From the NCBI RefSeq assembly GCF_007744255.1, contig NZ_CP036267.1, positions 1,985,500-2,049,499 on the forward strand: DNA of 64,000 nucleotides. The letters are read 5' to 3'. This document shows positions 30,951 to 41,355 of the stretch, in pieces (within the stretch, counting starts at the first letter, position 1; the number at the start of each line of letters is the position of its first letter). The notes below the pieces were generated by a model. The model was not told where the DNA came from and did not search any database. It saw nothing but the letters and a program-made list of their open reading frames with translations. Position numbers and translations under genes: made by a program. The stretch comes from Thalassoglobus polymorphus (GTDB lineage Bacteria; Planctomycetota; Planctomycetia; Planctomycetales; Planctomycetaceae).

Positions 30951-33065
30951 TTATGCATTCCCTTCTTCACTTGCCAGAACCCCCAAGCCTAAGGTCGCGA
31001 CTTTCTTGTCCATGAGACCGGCGTTTTTGAAGTATTTCTGCAGCTTCTTTAAACCCGATGTTGTTTTTTCGTCGTCAGATTCAAGAAGCATCTTGCCGAG
31101 GACGGCGGAGACGCTGAGGTCTTTGACGTCTTCGAATGAAATTCCGAACTGGCTGGTGAATTTCAGCAGGTTTTCTTTGAAGTCACCGTCGGCATCTCCC
31201 ACGAAGAAAGTATTCTTGACGTCAGTGACGACCTCGGAATTGTTCACGTAGCGGTCAACAGCTTTCCCGGCCTGAATAGAACCGACGATCTTGTCGAAGA
31301 ACTCGGTTTCGCCACCGACAATGTCGATGCGGGCGTTGCCGAGTGCGGCTCCGACAATCTCGGATTGTTCGCGGGCGATCTCTGTTTGTGCGTTGATGGC
31401 TGCGATTTCGATGTCTTTGTCTTTGTTGAGTCGAAGTTTGAATTCTTCGTGCTCGCGTCCCACTCCATCGAAGAGCTTCATCGCTTCGGCTTTCTGCTCG
31501 ATGCCCTTTGCGTCGGCGTAGTACTTCTGTTCGATGACAGTCGCTTCGGCCATACCTTCTTTCTCGAGTGCTTCCGCCTTGGCCTTTTGACCTTTGGCTT
31601 CTGCAACAATTTTCTTCTCGATAACGTTGGCTTCGGCGGACCCTTCTTTCTCAATGGCTTCCGCACGGACGCTCATGACTTGAGCTTCAGCCAATCCCTC
31701 AGCGGCAACTTCCGCCTGGCGAGCTTCTGCGAGCATTTTCTTGGCTGCGGTTTCTTTCTCAGCTGCAGAGCGGGAAGCTTCCGCTTCGATGACCACTTTC
31801 TCTGCTTCGAACCCGGCTGCCTGTTTTTGGGCCTCGGCTGCTTTGATCTCTTTGACTAATGCTTCTTCGGCATCTCGTTCGGCATTGGTAATCGCAACTT
31901 TCTTGGATCGATCTGCAGTGGCGAATTCTTCTGTGTCAAAGATACGTTGTTGTTCTTCGACCACTGAGCGTTCGACAGCGACTCGCTCGCGGATCACATC
32001 TTGAATGTTTCGTTTCTCAATTTCGATGGCTTTCTCTTTTTCAATCTCCGCTAAGCCAACGATTCGTTCGCGTTCGGTCACTTCGAGCAAACGGTCTTTC
32101 TCAACCCGTTCAATTTCAACCGCTTCTGTTCGTTCTTTATTTTTCTGAGCGACAACAATTTGACGAAGTTTGTTTTCTTCAGCGACCTGCAATTCTTCTT
32201 CTGTCGCAATGCGAGCTGAGTCTGCTCGGAGCCGTTGTTCTTCCTGGACTTTGGCAGCTTCTGCATGCTCACGGGCAGAGATTTCAGCGATTTCACGTTT
32301 TTGCTTTTCGACCGCTTCAACGCGTTGCTTTTCAAGTTCCAGGATTGCTTCCTGAGCATCAACGTCCTGCTTCTTGATCGTCTTTTCTTTCTCACGCAGA
32401 ATCTCATTCGATTGAATATGTTCCTGAGCCGTGAGGTTGGTGATCTTCTTGATTCCCTCCGCGTCGAGGATGTTCATCTCGCTGAGATGCTCGATGGGGG
32501 TCTGTTCCAGAAAATCAATGGCACAGTCGTCGAGAATGTATCCGTTGAGATCAGTCCCGATGTGCTTCAGGATTTCTTCTTTGAACTGATCACGCTCGGT
32601 GTAAAGATCGACGAAGTCGAAATGTTTTCCGACAGTCTTGAGTGCTTCTGAAAACTTGGCATCAAAGAGTTCAACCAGTGCAGCTTTCTCTGAGGCACGC
32701 TTACAGCCAAGAGCCTGAGCCACCTGAAGAATGTCTTGTGACGTATTGTTCACACGGACGAAGAAGGCGACTTCGATATCTGCTCGGACGTTATCTTTGC
32801 AAATCAATCCGGAGACATCACGTCGTGAAATTTCGATTCGTTTGACCGAAAGATCCATGTGTTCGACACGGTGTGCGATGGGAATCACCCACATCCCGCC
32901 ACCCGAGACGACCCTCATGCCGCCCCAACCCGTTTTGACCAATGCCTCTTCTGGTCCCACCTTGCGGTAGAAGCGTGACATCGCAAAGAGAAAGCCGACG
33001 AAGATGAAACCGCAGGCAAAAGCTATCGGTACGAAAATTTCCCAAGGCATGTGATCGCCCTTCAT
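30951..33065 (-). CDS. flotillin-like SPFH/band-7 protein (YqiK-like) with long Ala/Glu-rich coiled-coil
   Basis: N-terminal TM hairpin, SPFH core (GGMRVVSGGGMWVIPIAHRVEHMDLSVKRIEISRRD...), then about 350 aa of EA-rich coiled-coil and a C-terminal domain, as in YqiK/FloT. Confidence 0.85.
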   Translation of the reverse strand: MKGDHMPWEIFVPIAFACGFIFVGFLFAMSRFYRKVGPEEALVKTGWGGMRVVSGGGMWVIPIAHRVEHMDLSVKRIEISRRDVSGLICKDNVRADIEVAFFVRVNNTSQDILQVAQALGCKRASEKAALVELFDAKFSEALKTVGKHFDFVDLYTERDQFKEEILKHIGTDLNGYILDDCAIDFLEQTPIEHLSEMNILDAEGIKKITNLTAQEHIQSNEILREKEKTIKKQDVDAQEAILELEKQRVEAVEKQKREIAEISAREHAEAAKVQEEQRLRADSARIATEEELQVAEENKLRQIVVAQKNKERTEAVEIERVEKDRLLEVTERERIVGLAEIEKEKAIEIEKRNIQDVIRERVAVERSVVEEQQRIFDTEEFATADRSKKVAITNAERDAEEALVKEIKAAEAQKQAAGFEAEKVVIEAEASRSAAEKETAAKKMLAEARQAEVAAEGLAEAQVMSVRAEAIEKEGSAEANVIEKKIVAEAKGQKAKAEALEKEGMAEATVIEQKYYADAKGIEQKAEAMKLFDGVGREHEEFKLRLNKDKDIEIAAINAQTEIAREQSEIVGAALGNARIDIVGGETEFFDKIVGSIQAGKAVDRYVNNSEVVTDVKNTFFVGDADGDFKENLLKFTSQFGISFEDVKDLSVSAVLGKMLLESDDEKTTSGLKKLQKYFKNAGLMDKKVATLGLGVLASEEGNA

Positions 33066-33108
33066 AAAGTGTCACTGTACGAGCGAAGCCGTACATCGGT
33101 TCATGGTG

Positions 33109-33732
33109 TTAAGCCAGGTGGTCACCTGTCTCTTTGACGTAATAAATTCCGGTATCAGGTGAGAAATCCACAATCTGGACAACCGCATCTTTTGGAATCG
33201 AGCCTTCAATTGTTCGGATATTCAACCGCAGTGGGGCTCCATCCTCGACATGACAGATTCCATTTCCGAACTTGGGCGTCACTTCACTGGTAATCACCGA
33301 ACATGTTCGCCCTAACATGTCCTGAACTGTGTTTGGCTCCTTGGATCGTAACTTGCCCCGCATTGGATTCGTCAGGATTTTCGCCGCGAGTATTCCAATT
33401 CCCAGGCTCCTCCCAATCGCAACAGCATTCTGTTGAAAAGTTGGATTGACCATGTCTCGATCGAACACCATCGTTACGACCCATGCAGCGAGTGCGACGA
33501 TTGACATCCACAACATGACCGGAACTTCACCAAGGTTCAGCCATTTTAACCCCAACATTCCCAGGTCAGTGACCGAGGCATCCATGTCCGGATCGAGATC
33601 CAGATCGAAATCGATTGCGTCCATGTCGATCCCTCCCAGTATGACGAGCAGCCAGTACGCGCATACGAGACAGAGCAGGATGCTGAAAGGCAGAACCGGC
33701 CACTGGAAGTAGGTTTCAACAATGTCAATCAT
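33109..33732 (-). CDS. NfeD-like membrane protein (YqiJ family) with C-terminal OB-fold
   Basis: 207 aa with two or three TM helices, an acidic DxD-rich loop, and a C-terminal NfeD-type beta-barrel (GRTCSVITSEVTPKFGNGICHVEDG...AVVQIVDF). Lies 43 bp upstream of the flotillin gene. GGAG RBS. Confidence 0.8.
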   Translation of the reverse strand: MIDIVETYFQWPVLPFSILLCLVCAYWLLVILGGIDMDAIDFDLDLDPDMDASVTDLGMLGLKWLNLGEVPVMLWMSIVALAAWVVTMVFDRDMVNPTFQQNAVAIGRSLGIGILAAKILTNPMRGKLRSKEPNTVQDMLGRTCSVITSEVTPKFGNGICHVEDGAPLRLNIRTIEGSIPKDAVVQIVDFSPDTGIYYVKETGDHLA

Positions 33733-33744
33733 GACTGAACTCCG

Positions 33745-33764
33745 ATGTTGCCATTATGCAACAT
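33745..33764. promoter_or_regulatory. Palindrome ATGTTGC-N6-GCAACAT in the 5' leader of the NfeD/flotillin operon
   Basis: Perfect 7-bp inverted repeat, 13-32 nt upstream of the NfeD start on the mRNA and immediately 5' of its GGAG RBS. Confidence 0.35.
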
Positions 33765-34268
33765 GAATGAGGGGCTTCATTGGGAAAACGCAGAATCGAA
33801 GAATTGGATCAAAGAAACCAGGGGGATTTCGGTCGGTTTTCGAATTCTAATGGCTCAACGGATTCTGCCGGCCGTTTTGACTCTACTGAATGAGCACTTT
33901 AATTCTGATATGTCAGCGAGGAGATCGGCCTGTTACGAGAGTCGGCGTCCGGTCCTGACGCTCATGCCATTCGTTCTGAGTGTAAGCAAAAGACTGCTGA
34001 CGGCGGTTCCCTGTGGTCGAAGCAGACGGTATCAACGGTTGTGCCGTAATTGTGGGGAGCTGACCTGTCCACTCGCCTATTGCAAGGCTCGTAACACAAT
34101 ACAGCATAACAGGTTGTGTAACTCGTTAGATTTTTCCTCTCGCTATTTCAGAACCGGACGTAAAATTCCCTGAGGACCGGGTCCTCAGAGCTTTGCACAG
34201 TCATCGTTTCTCTGGCAAGCTTCCTAAGTGAAGCCTTGCCACAAGTCATTGTGGTGAAGGGAAAAATC

Positions 34269-34718
34269 ATGGCGAGAAAAGACGCACTTTTGAAATTGCA
34301 TCATCGGTTAACGGAACAACGTGATGAGTTAAGACGCAAGCTGACTCACCAGATGGAATCGGTGGGCGAGCAACGTGGCCCGGGTGACTTGGGGGATCAA
34401 TCGACGATTGATGCTGATCAGGAACTTGGTTCACAACTGGCAGCTCTCGAAAGTCGAGAACTGTCTCGTATTGAAAATGCACTCGAAGCAATTCGGTCGG
34501 GAACCTATGGGAAGTGTGAACATTGTGAAAAGCCGATTCCAATCACTCGACTGAAAGCCTTGCCTCACACCTCTTGCTGTATTCAATGTCAGCGAGAGTA
34601 TGAAATGGTCGGGGGCTCCGAAAAGGAGGTCGACAACTGGGAATCAGCATGGGAGCATCTGGCTCGCGAGAATGATCGTGAATTAACAGTTCGAGATGTT
34701 AAGATGGATGCTCGGTAA
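34269..34718 (+). CDS. DksA/TraR family C4-type zinc-finger protein
   Basis: Coiled-coil N-region and C-terminal CEHC...(17 aa)...CCIQC zinc finger. Start taken at MARKDALLK. Divergent from the flotillin operon. Confidence 0.8.
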   Translation: MARKDALLKLHHRLTEQRDELRRKLTHQMESVGEQRGPGDLGDQSTIDADQELGSQLAALESRELSRIENALEAIRSGTYGKCEHCEKPIPITRLKALPHTSCCIQCQREYEMVGGSEKEVDNWESAWEHLARENDRELTVRDVKMDAR

Positions 34719-34776
34719 AAATCCGGAAGCCTTTCAATTGGAACAGGCTGTCGGTTGAACTTCTGACTGGAACGAG

Positions 34777-36258
<1,482 letters not shown>

Positions 36259-36428
36259 CGCGTCGACGAACTCTTAATTCTTGAGACTCAAGTAGAGCAG
36301 GAAACTCTGATCATCTCGGTCTATTCTGAGCAACCGTCCGAAGCACTCATCTGAGAAGTCTCCAGTGCTGCACTCTGAGTGCATGTCACGGTTGTTCTAC
36401 AGGGATATCGCTGCAGCTTTGGCATTCA

Positions 36429-36461
36429 TTTAGCCCCCGGATTACTCACTCGGGGGCTAAA
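36429..36461 (+). terminator. 11-bp perfect hairpin (TTTAGCCCCCG-N11-CGGGGGCTAAA) about 170 nt downstream of htrA
   Basis: Read directly from the sequence. No clean U-tract follows, so terminator function is uncertain. Confidence 0.35.
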
Positions 36462-36570
36462 TGGATGGTCATTACAATTGACAAGATCGGTAAAATCGGT
36501 AGAATCAGAACCGTCTCAGGTAGTAATTCCTCAACGTTTTCACTCTCTTTCCACATGACTGGAGAGCGAT

Positions 36571-37374
36571 GTGATGAAAGTGTGGACGGATTTCACTTCA
36601 TGTAATGAGGCTGTTTCTTTAGCGTGGCAAGCCGCTGAACGCCGCGATTTCTCTCTGGCCAACAAACAGTTTCAGGATCTCCTGCAGAGTGATTCTTCTG
36701 TTTATCTGATGCTCGAGTACGCTCAATTTCTTTTCGATTGCGTCTCGCAAAAAAATGCTACTGATTTTCTATTGGAGTCAGCTGACACGTTTCTTGGATC
36801 TTTGGACTTTAGAAATTGTTGTCTGATCTATAACCGTCTGGCAGCCTTTTACCGAGAGTCTGAAAACGCCCATCTTGCCAGGCAGTATCAGCAGTTGGCG
36901 ATCTCGAACAACTTGAAATCCGTCACGGAGCAGGATTGCTTCCATATTGATCAGACCACTCTTTTCGGGCGTGCTCATGATCACTTTTTGGACGGCGAAT
37001 TGAACGAGGCAATCACCCTGCTCTTCTCGCTCAGGGAAGGGAATGATTTCATCGCAGCAAAGGCCAATCTCCTTCTAGCTGAACTCTATTGGCAAATTGA
37101 CGACGTCGAAGCAGGACTCTTTGTGCTCGAAGAAGCGATTGGCTGGGCAACCGTCAACGAAGACTCCGTTTTGTCGCTCGCAGCATACGAATTAAAAAGC
37201 AAGTTGTCCGCTCAAAACGAAGACGATCATTCGGCGAAGGAATCGCTCGATGCGGCACTTCGAATCGCTCGCAGTTCCGGACGCTGTCGTCGACAGTTGA
37301 AACGATTAGAACAGAAGCAAAAAAGACTCAACTCGCAAATTACGCTTCGCGCGTTCCAGGCTGAATGGAATTAA
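36571..37374 (+). CDS. hypothetical helical-repeat (TPR-like) protein
   Basis: 267 aa with alpha-helical repeat character. No strong motif recognised. Confidence 0.5.
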   Translation: MMKVWTDFTSCNEAVSLAWQAAERRDFSLANKQFQDLLQSDSSVYLMLEYAQFLFDCVSQKNATDFLLESADTFLGSLDFRNCCLIYNRLAAFYRESENAHLARQYQQLAISNNLKSVTEQDCFHIDQTTLFGRAHDHFLDGELNEAITLLFSLREGNDFIAAKANLLLAELYWQIDDVEAGLFVLEEAIGWATVNEDSVLSLAAYELKSKLSAQNEDDHSAKESLDAALRIARSSGRCRRQLKRLEQKQKRLNSQITLRAFQAEWN

Positions 37375-37586
37375 AGCATTGCCAGATTCTTCAGGCCTAT
37401 CAAGCACAAGTCCGCTCAACGAAACCTTGCAGCTTCACTATGTTGATCTCTTACTGCAATGTTAATTTTGTATAGCAGTTGGAAAAAGATTTTGGTACTA
37501 CGCTCAACCCGATAGCGAGTTTTTCGTTATGCCTTATGTCGAACAGCCTGTGAATTCACGAAAGTGGTCTTCACGGGCTTGAGAAA

Positions 37587-38558
37587 CTAGGCAGCGGCTC
37601 GAGGGTTTCTGAGCAGGCGAAACTCTTCGTCTTCGATGATGTTTTGCATGCAGTGCCCGCGTTGAGTTGCCTTGAGTCGACGTTTTAGCGACCGCCGCAT
37701 CGCTGAGTGATACCCGACAGTTGTCGTAAAGAGTGTGATGAGATCGAGAAACTTTCGATCTTTGGCCAATGTCTGTTCGTACACGTAGACGTGAGCGTTG
37801 TAACCCAACCCGATGAGAGCTCCGTCGATTTCGCCGATCGGTTGATTGCTCGCTTCGATGACAAAGTCTGCACCGATGGAGATCCATTTTCTTTTAATTT
37901 TCAGGTACCACATTTTCTCAAGTCGTTCATCGAAGTAGCTGAAACTGAAAATGGAGGGGATGCGAAAAGTGCGATTGTTCTCCTGCATGTACGTCATGTA
38001 CTCGTAACCTTGCAGGTTGGTGACAAACGAAAGGATGGTTCTTTTGACGCCGAGTGAATTGTGCAACTCCCGAGTTACCATCTCCTCGACAGATCCGGTC
38101 CAGCGAATTTGCTCTCCCGTCGTTTTAAATATCTTCATCACAAGTCGACGGTTCTCGATGTCCTGTGGTCGCATTTTATTCACAGGGTCGCGTTCGAGTT
38201 GTCGTTCAAGATTCTTCTTTTGTGATTGACTGAGACGTCCGCTTCGTTTGATTTCTTTACGTAACTGAGTCTGACGGTCTGCTTGCAAGCGGTTCAGAAT
38301 GGAAGATTGTTGTGCTGCGTCCGGGTTCCAGATATCGGTACGAATTCCGACCATGTGCGACTGATTCCATTCTCCGCTTTTCATGTTCTTTTCGGAGATG
38401 GTTCCGCAGACATCCATGTTTGCACCGAACCGCTGATCCTCTGCTTTTTTCAGTTTTTGCAGCAGGTCAATGTTCGTCGGATGCAGACCCATAAAGGCCC
38501 ACATGTCGACGTATCGATGTGCGAAAGAACGTGACACTTTTGACTTTGGCCAAAACAT
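37587..38558 (-). CDS. hypothetical protein
   Basis: 323-aa ORF downstream of cdaA on the same strand after a 240-bp gap. A basic, Q/R-rich middle is followed by a beta-rich C-terminal region. No confident family assignment. Confidence 0.5.
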   Translation of the reverse strand: MFWPKSKVSRSFAHRYVDMWAFMGLHPTNIDLLQKLKKAEDQRFGANMDVCGTISEKNMKSGEWNQSHMVGIRTDIWNPDAAQQSSILNRLQADRQTQLRKEIKRSGRLSQSQKKNLERQLERDPVNKMRPQDIENRRLVMKIFKTTGEQIRWTGSVEEMVTRELHNSLGVKRTILSFVTNLQGYEYMTYMQENNRTFRIPSIFSFSYFDERLEKMWYLKIKRKWISIGADFVIEASNQPIGEIDGALIGLGYNAHVYVYEQTLAKDRKFLDLITLFTTTVGYHSAMRRSLKRRLKATQRGHCMQNIIEDEEFRLLRNPRAAA

Positions 38559-38798
38559 GTTGAAGCTTCACCACTGCCAGAGAGAATGGACGAATTCCAA
38601 AGTTTCGGTGATATCCTGCGTTCGACTTCTTTCGCAATAGCGACCGGGTGCGAACGGGTGAATCTGTCACTTCACCGGCAAAGACTGCCCTCGTACTGCC
38701 CACATGCTGTGCAAGTCGTGATCGCGACAGGCAATTTTCGCCGCCCGGAGGGTTAATTATCAAGAATGTACCCTGAAAACAGCCGATTCTCGTTGAGG

Positions 38799-39980
38799 CT
38801 ACTGCTCACTTTTTTCCCGTAACGATACGATCACTTGCCGAGGCTCAATTTGCTCGACGCTCAATTCACTCGGGATATTCTTCAAGTTTGACTCGCTCTC
38901 CCATTGAGGAAAGCGAGTCCCTTTTGCGATAGGTTTCACTTCCAGTGAGACAACTGCCGAGGCAGGTTTCAAAAGGTTGAAGGCCGGCTCTGGGCCGGAG
39001 AGTGTTAGCTCGGCAAAAGTCGGTTTCGGTTCCGCAATCTCCCAACCTTCGGGGACATTTCGGTATTCGATGGGGATCACAAAAGTGCGCTGGATCGTGT
39101 CGGTGTTGTAGGCAAATGTGAACCATAGCATCGTTGCGGTGGCGATTGACACAAGCAGCGTCACCCCGTGGTAGCGTGGGCGTCTCTTCCCGCCAGCGAA
39201 ATGTCCATCTTTAAGAGATGCTCTTAATCGGTCAGCCAGTTGCGTTGGGTCAACGACTTGCATCTCACCATCTTTAGCAATCGTAATCGTTCCGCGTTCC
39301 TCGGAGACTGCCACTACCATTGCGTCACAGCATTCTGCAAGTCCTAAGGCTGCTGCATGTCGGGTGCCGCTGCCCTGCAGTTTCTCGACTTGCCTGGAAA
39401 GTGGAAGATGGACTCCAAGCGTCGCGATTCGTTCACGTTCAATCAGAACGGCACCGTCATGACCGGGAGATTTTGGGTGGAAGATGCTCAGCAAAAGTGG
39501 CAGACTGATTTTCGCGTCCACATCGACTCCGCCCTGAATGTGACGTCCCAGTGGGTCACGCATTGGGATGACGACCAAGGCTCCAATCCGCTGACGAGCC
39601 ATGAAGATCATCGCTTCGGTTAAAGTTCCTGTCAGATTCTCTGAGGGACCGCTGACCGAAGAACGTAAGAAAAACTGCGAGGCAGCCAGTTTTTCGAAAC
39701 CGTACCGAATGTCACTTTGAAAGATCACCACAAATGTGATCAGAATTGCGATGGAACCGTACTGGTACGCCAATGTCGTAAGGTAAAGGTCAAACCATTG
39801 AGCCAGTCCGAAGAGGACAACCAACCCGACAGCCACAATTCCCAATGACCGTGAGGCTTTTTGCCGCAACCAGATGATGACGACATACAACAGCATGGAA
39901 ACGATTGCGACATCGAGCAAGTCCGCGAATCGCACGCGTTCAAACAGTTCACGAACATATTGTGGCATCGAGTCTAACAT
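38799..39980 (-). CDS. cdaA: diadenylate cyclase CdaA fused to a YbbR/CdaR-like C-terminal domain
   Basis: Three N-terminal TM helices and a DAC domain with HDGAVLIERERI, GTRHAAALGLAE and VVAVSEERGTITIA (canonical DGA / RHR-like / SEETG motifs). An extra TM and about 150 aa of YbbR-like beta-rich sequence follow at the C-terminus. Confidence 0.85.
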   Translation of the reverse strand: MLDSMPQYVRELFERVRFADLLDVAIVSMLLYVVIIWLRQKASRSLGIVAVGLVVLFGLAQWFDLYLTTLAYQYGSIAILITFVVIFQSDIRYGFEKLAASQFFLRSSVSGPSENLTGTLTEAMIFMARQRIGALVVIPMRDPLGRHIQGGVDVDAKISLPLLLSIFHPKSPGHDGAVLIERERIATLGVHLPLSRQVEKLQGSGTRHAAALGLAECCDAMVVAVSEERGTITIAKDGEMQVVDPTQLADRLRASLKDGHFAGGKRRPRYHGVTLLVSIATATMLWFTFAYNTDTIQRTFVIPIEYRNVPEGWEIAEPKPTFAELTLSGPEPAFNLLKPASAVVSLEVKPIAKGTRFPQWESESNLKNIPSELSVEQIEPRQVIVSLREKSEQ

Positions 39981-39984
39981 TTAA

Positions 39985-40063
39985 TAGAACTGGTCCTGAA
40001 ACTCGAAATTGCTCTCTCAAACGTTGAGAAAAGCGACGATTCCAGAGGTTTTCGAACTGGTTC
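39985..40063 (+). repeat. Dispersed ~79-nt structured repeat, family 1, copy B (abuts cdaA start codon, opposite strand)
   Basis: TAGAACTGGTCCTGAAACTCGAAATTGCTCTCTCAAACGTTGAGAAAAGCG...CGAACTGGTTC. The 5' GAACUGGUCC and 3' GAACUGGUUC ends pair fully if G.U wobbles are allowed. Confidence 0.7.
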
Positions 40064-40197
40064 AAAAGTACTGACGCACTTTCTGTGCCCAGGAAGAACG
40101 GCTCTCTGGTAAATGCTGAACTTCACAGGGCAGGCTTCGAACACCAATTCGAAACCCATTCGACAACAGTGAATCGCTTTCAAATTGTGGCCCAGTA

Positions 40198-40309
40198 ACA
40201 ATCGTCCCGGAAAGCAACCGTGCCAGAAAGCAACCGTGCCAGAAAACAATCGTGCCAGAAAACAATCGTGCCAGAAAACAATCGTCCCGGAAATCAACCG
40301 TGATTGTAA
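40198..40309. repeat. 16-bp tandem repeat array, about 7 copies (CAAYCGTSCCRGAAAR)
   Basis: caatcgtcccggaaag / caaccgtgccagaaag / caaccgtgccagaaaa / caatcgtgccagaaaa x2 / caatcgtcccggaaat / caaccgtgattgtaat, contiguous. Lies in the 750-bp divergent region between cdaA and the BON/CsbD cluster. Confidence 0.8.
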
Positions 40310-40730
40310 TAAGGTTCTCCCGGTGACCAATCGGATCGCACGAATAAAATATAGCCGCTTCTCGTCAGAAACGAGCCTGATCTTCTTCTGGAACTCGACT
40401 GAGACATGTGTAAACCCTTGCAGAGAAATTGCAGGGAAAGTGCAAAAACATCACATGGTCGTCATTTGAACGCGCTGGTCGTCCACGGACCAGCAATGCA
40501 TGGTCTCGCCTTTTCGAAAGTGTGATGAAACAAGTCTCCACGTGGAACTTCTCTAAATGAATCGTGCTGTCGGACTTGGTTTTTAACTCAGTAAAACTAC
40601 ATCCTCTGCGAAAACCGAGAGTGAAAGTTATCAGGATAAGAGCATCTGGCATGACGGTTGCAAAATGAATCAGGAACATCGAGTTGACGAACAGATTCGA
40701 TTATTCATTTGGTAAAAACAGGAGGCTTCT

Positions 40731-40994
40731 ATGCCAAACGCGATATCTCATGAAACATCCACCAGTAAGGATCTTGTACGACGAGTTTGTCGCGCAATCA
40801 CCGAACTTGGCTACCCAGAACATTCATCTGTGAAGTGCGAGTCCGATGGTTCCACAGTGACGCTCAATGGCAAACTTTCATCTTTCTACCTGCTGCAAAT
40901 CGCGCAGGCCATCGCCATGGAAGTGCCCGGCGTTCGAACGGTGGTCAACAAAATTGAAGTCTGTGGGAAATCGCGTAAATCTCGATGGTATTGA
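40731..40994 (+). CDS. BON domain protein (OsmY-like)
   Basis: 87 aa. VKCESDGSTVTLNGKLSSFYLLQIAQAIAMEVPGVRTVVNKIEV matches the BON domain pattern. AGGAGG RBS. Confidence 0.75.
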   Translation: MPNAISHETSTSKDLVRRVCRAITELGYPEHSSVKCESDGSTVTLNGKLSSFYLLQIAQAIAMEVPGVRTVVNKIEVCGKSRKSRWY

Positions 40995-41069
40995 AGAAAA
41001 TCGAACTATCTGTGTCTGGAATTGTGTTCAGTAGCTTAGGTGAGATTACTCATAACAAGGAGACGAAAG

Positions 41070-41273
41070 ATGAATTGGGATCAAATTCAAGGAAAGTGGA
41101 AACAAGTCAAAGGACAGGCCCAACAGAAGTGGGGCAAGCTGTCGGAGGACGACCTCGACGTCATCGATGGGAAGCGTGAGGAACTCGTCGGCAAAGTCCA
41201 AGAGCAATACGGAGTTGCTAAAGAAGAGGCAGAGAAGCAGGTCTCCGAGTTCGAAAGTTCCTGCAGCTGCTGA
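41070..41273 (+). CDS. CsbD-family general stress protein
   Basis: MNWDQIQGKWKQVKGQAQQKWGKLSEDDLDVIDGKREELVGKVQEQYG is the classic CsbD signature. AAGGAG RBS. Confidence 0.85.
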   Translation: MNWDQIQGKWKQVKGQAQQKWGKLSEDDLDVIDGKREELVGKVQEQYGVAKEEAEKQVSEFESSCSC

Positions 41274-41289
41274 GTCCATCAAACTTTTT

Positions 41290-41316
41290 CCGGGCGAGCG
41301 TTCAACGCTCGCCCGG
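41290..41316 (+). terminator. GC-rich hairpin CCGGGCGAGCG-TTCAA-CGCTCGCCCGG between csbD-like and the Cys-rich gene
   Basis: 11-bp perfect stem. Followed by a T-containing but imperfect tract (TCGCGTTTACGCTTTC), so possibly a partial terminator or attenuator. Confidence 0.5.
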
Positions 41317-41355
41317 TCGCGTTTACGCTTTCAACTATTCAGGAAGGAGAAACAA

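Noticed and set aside
40198-40309. Possible CRISPR array
   Set aside because: The repeats are contiguous 16-mers with no spacers and no cas genes nearby, so this is a simple tandem repeat.
39974-40330. 118-aa minus-strand ORF with internally repeated peptide (GTIVFWH..)
   Set aside because: It is produced by translating the 16-bp tandem repeat array and repeat copy B. The repeat unit is not a multiple of 3, there is no RBS, and it overlaps the cdaA promoter region. Treated as non-coding.
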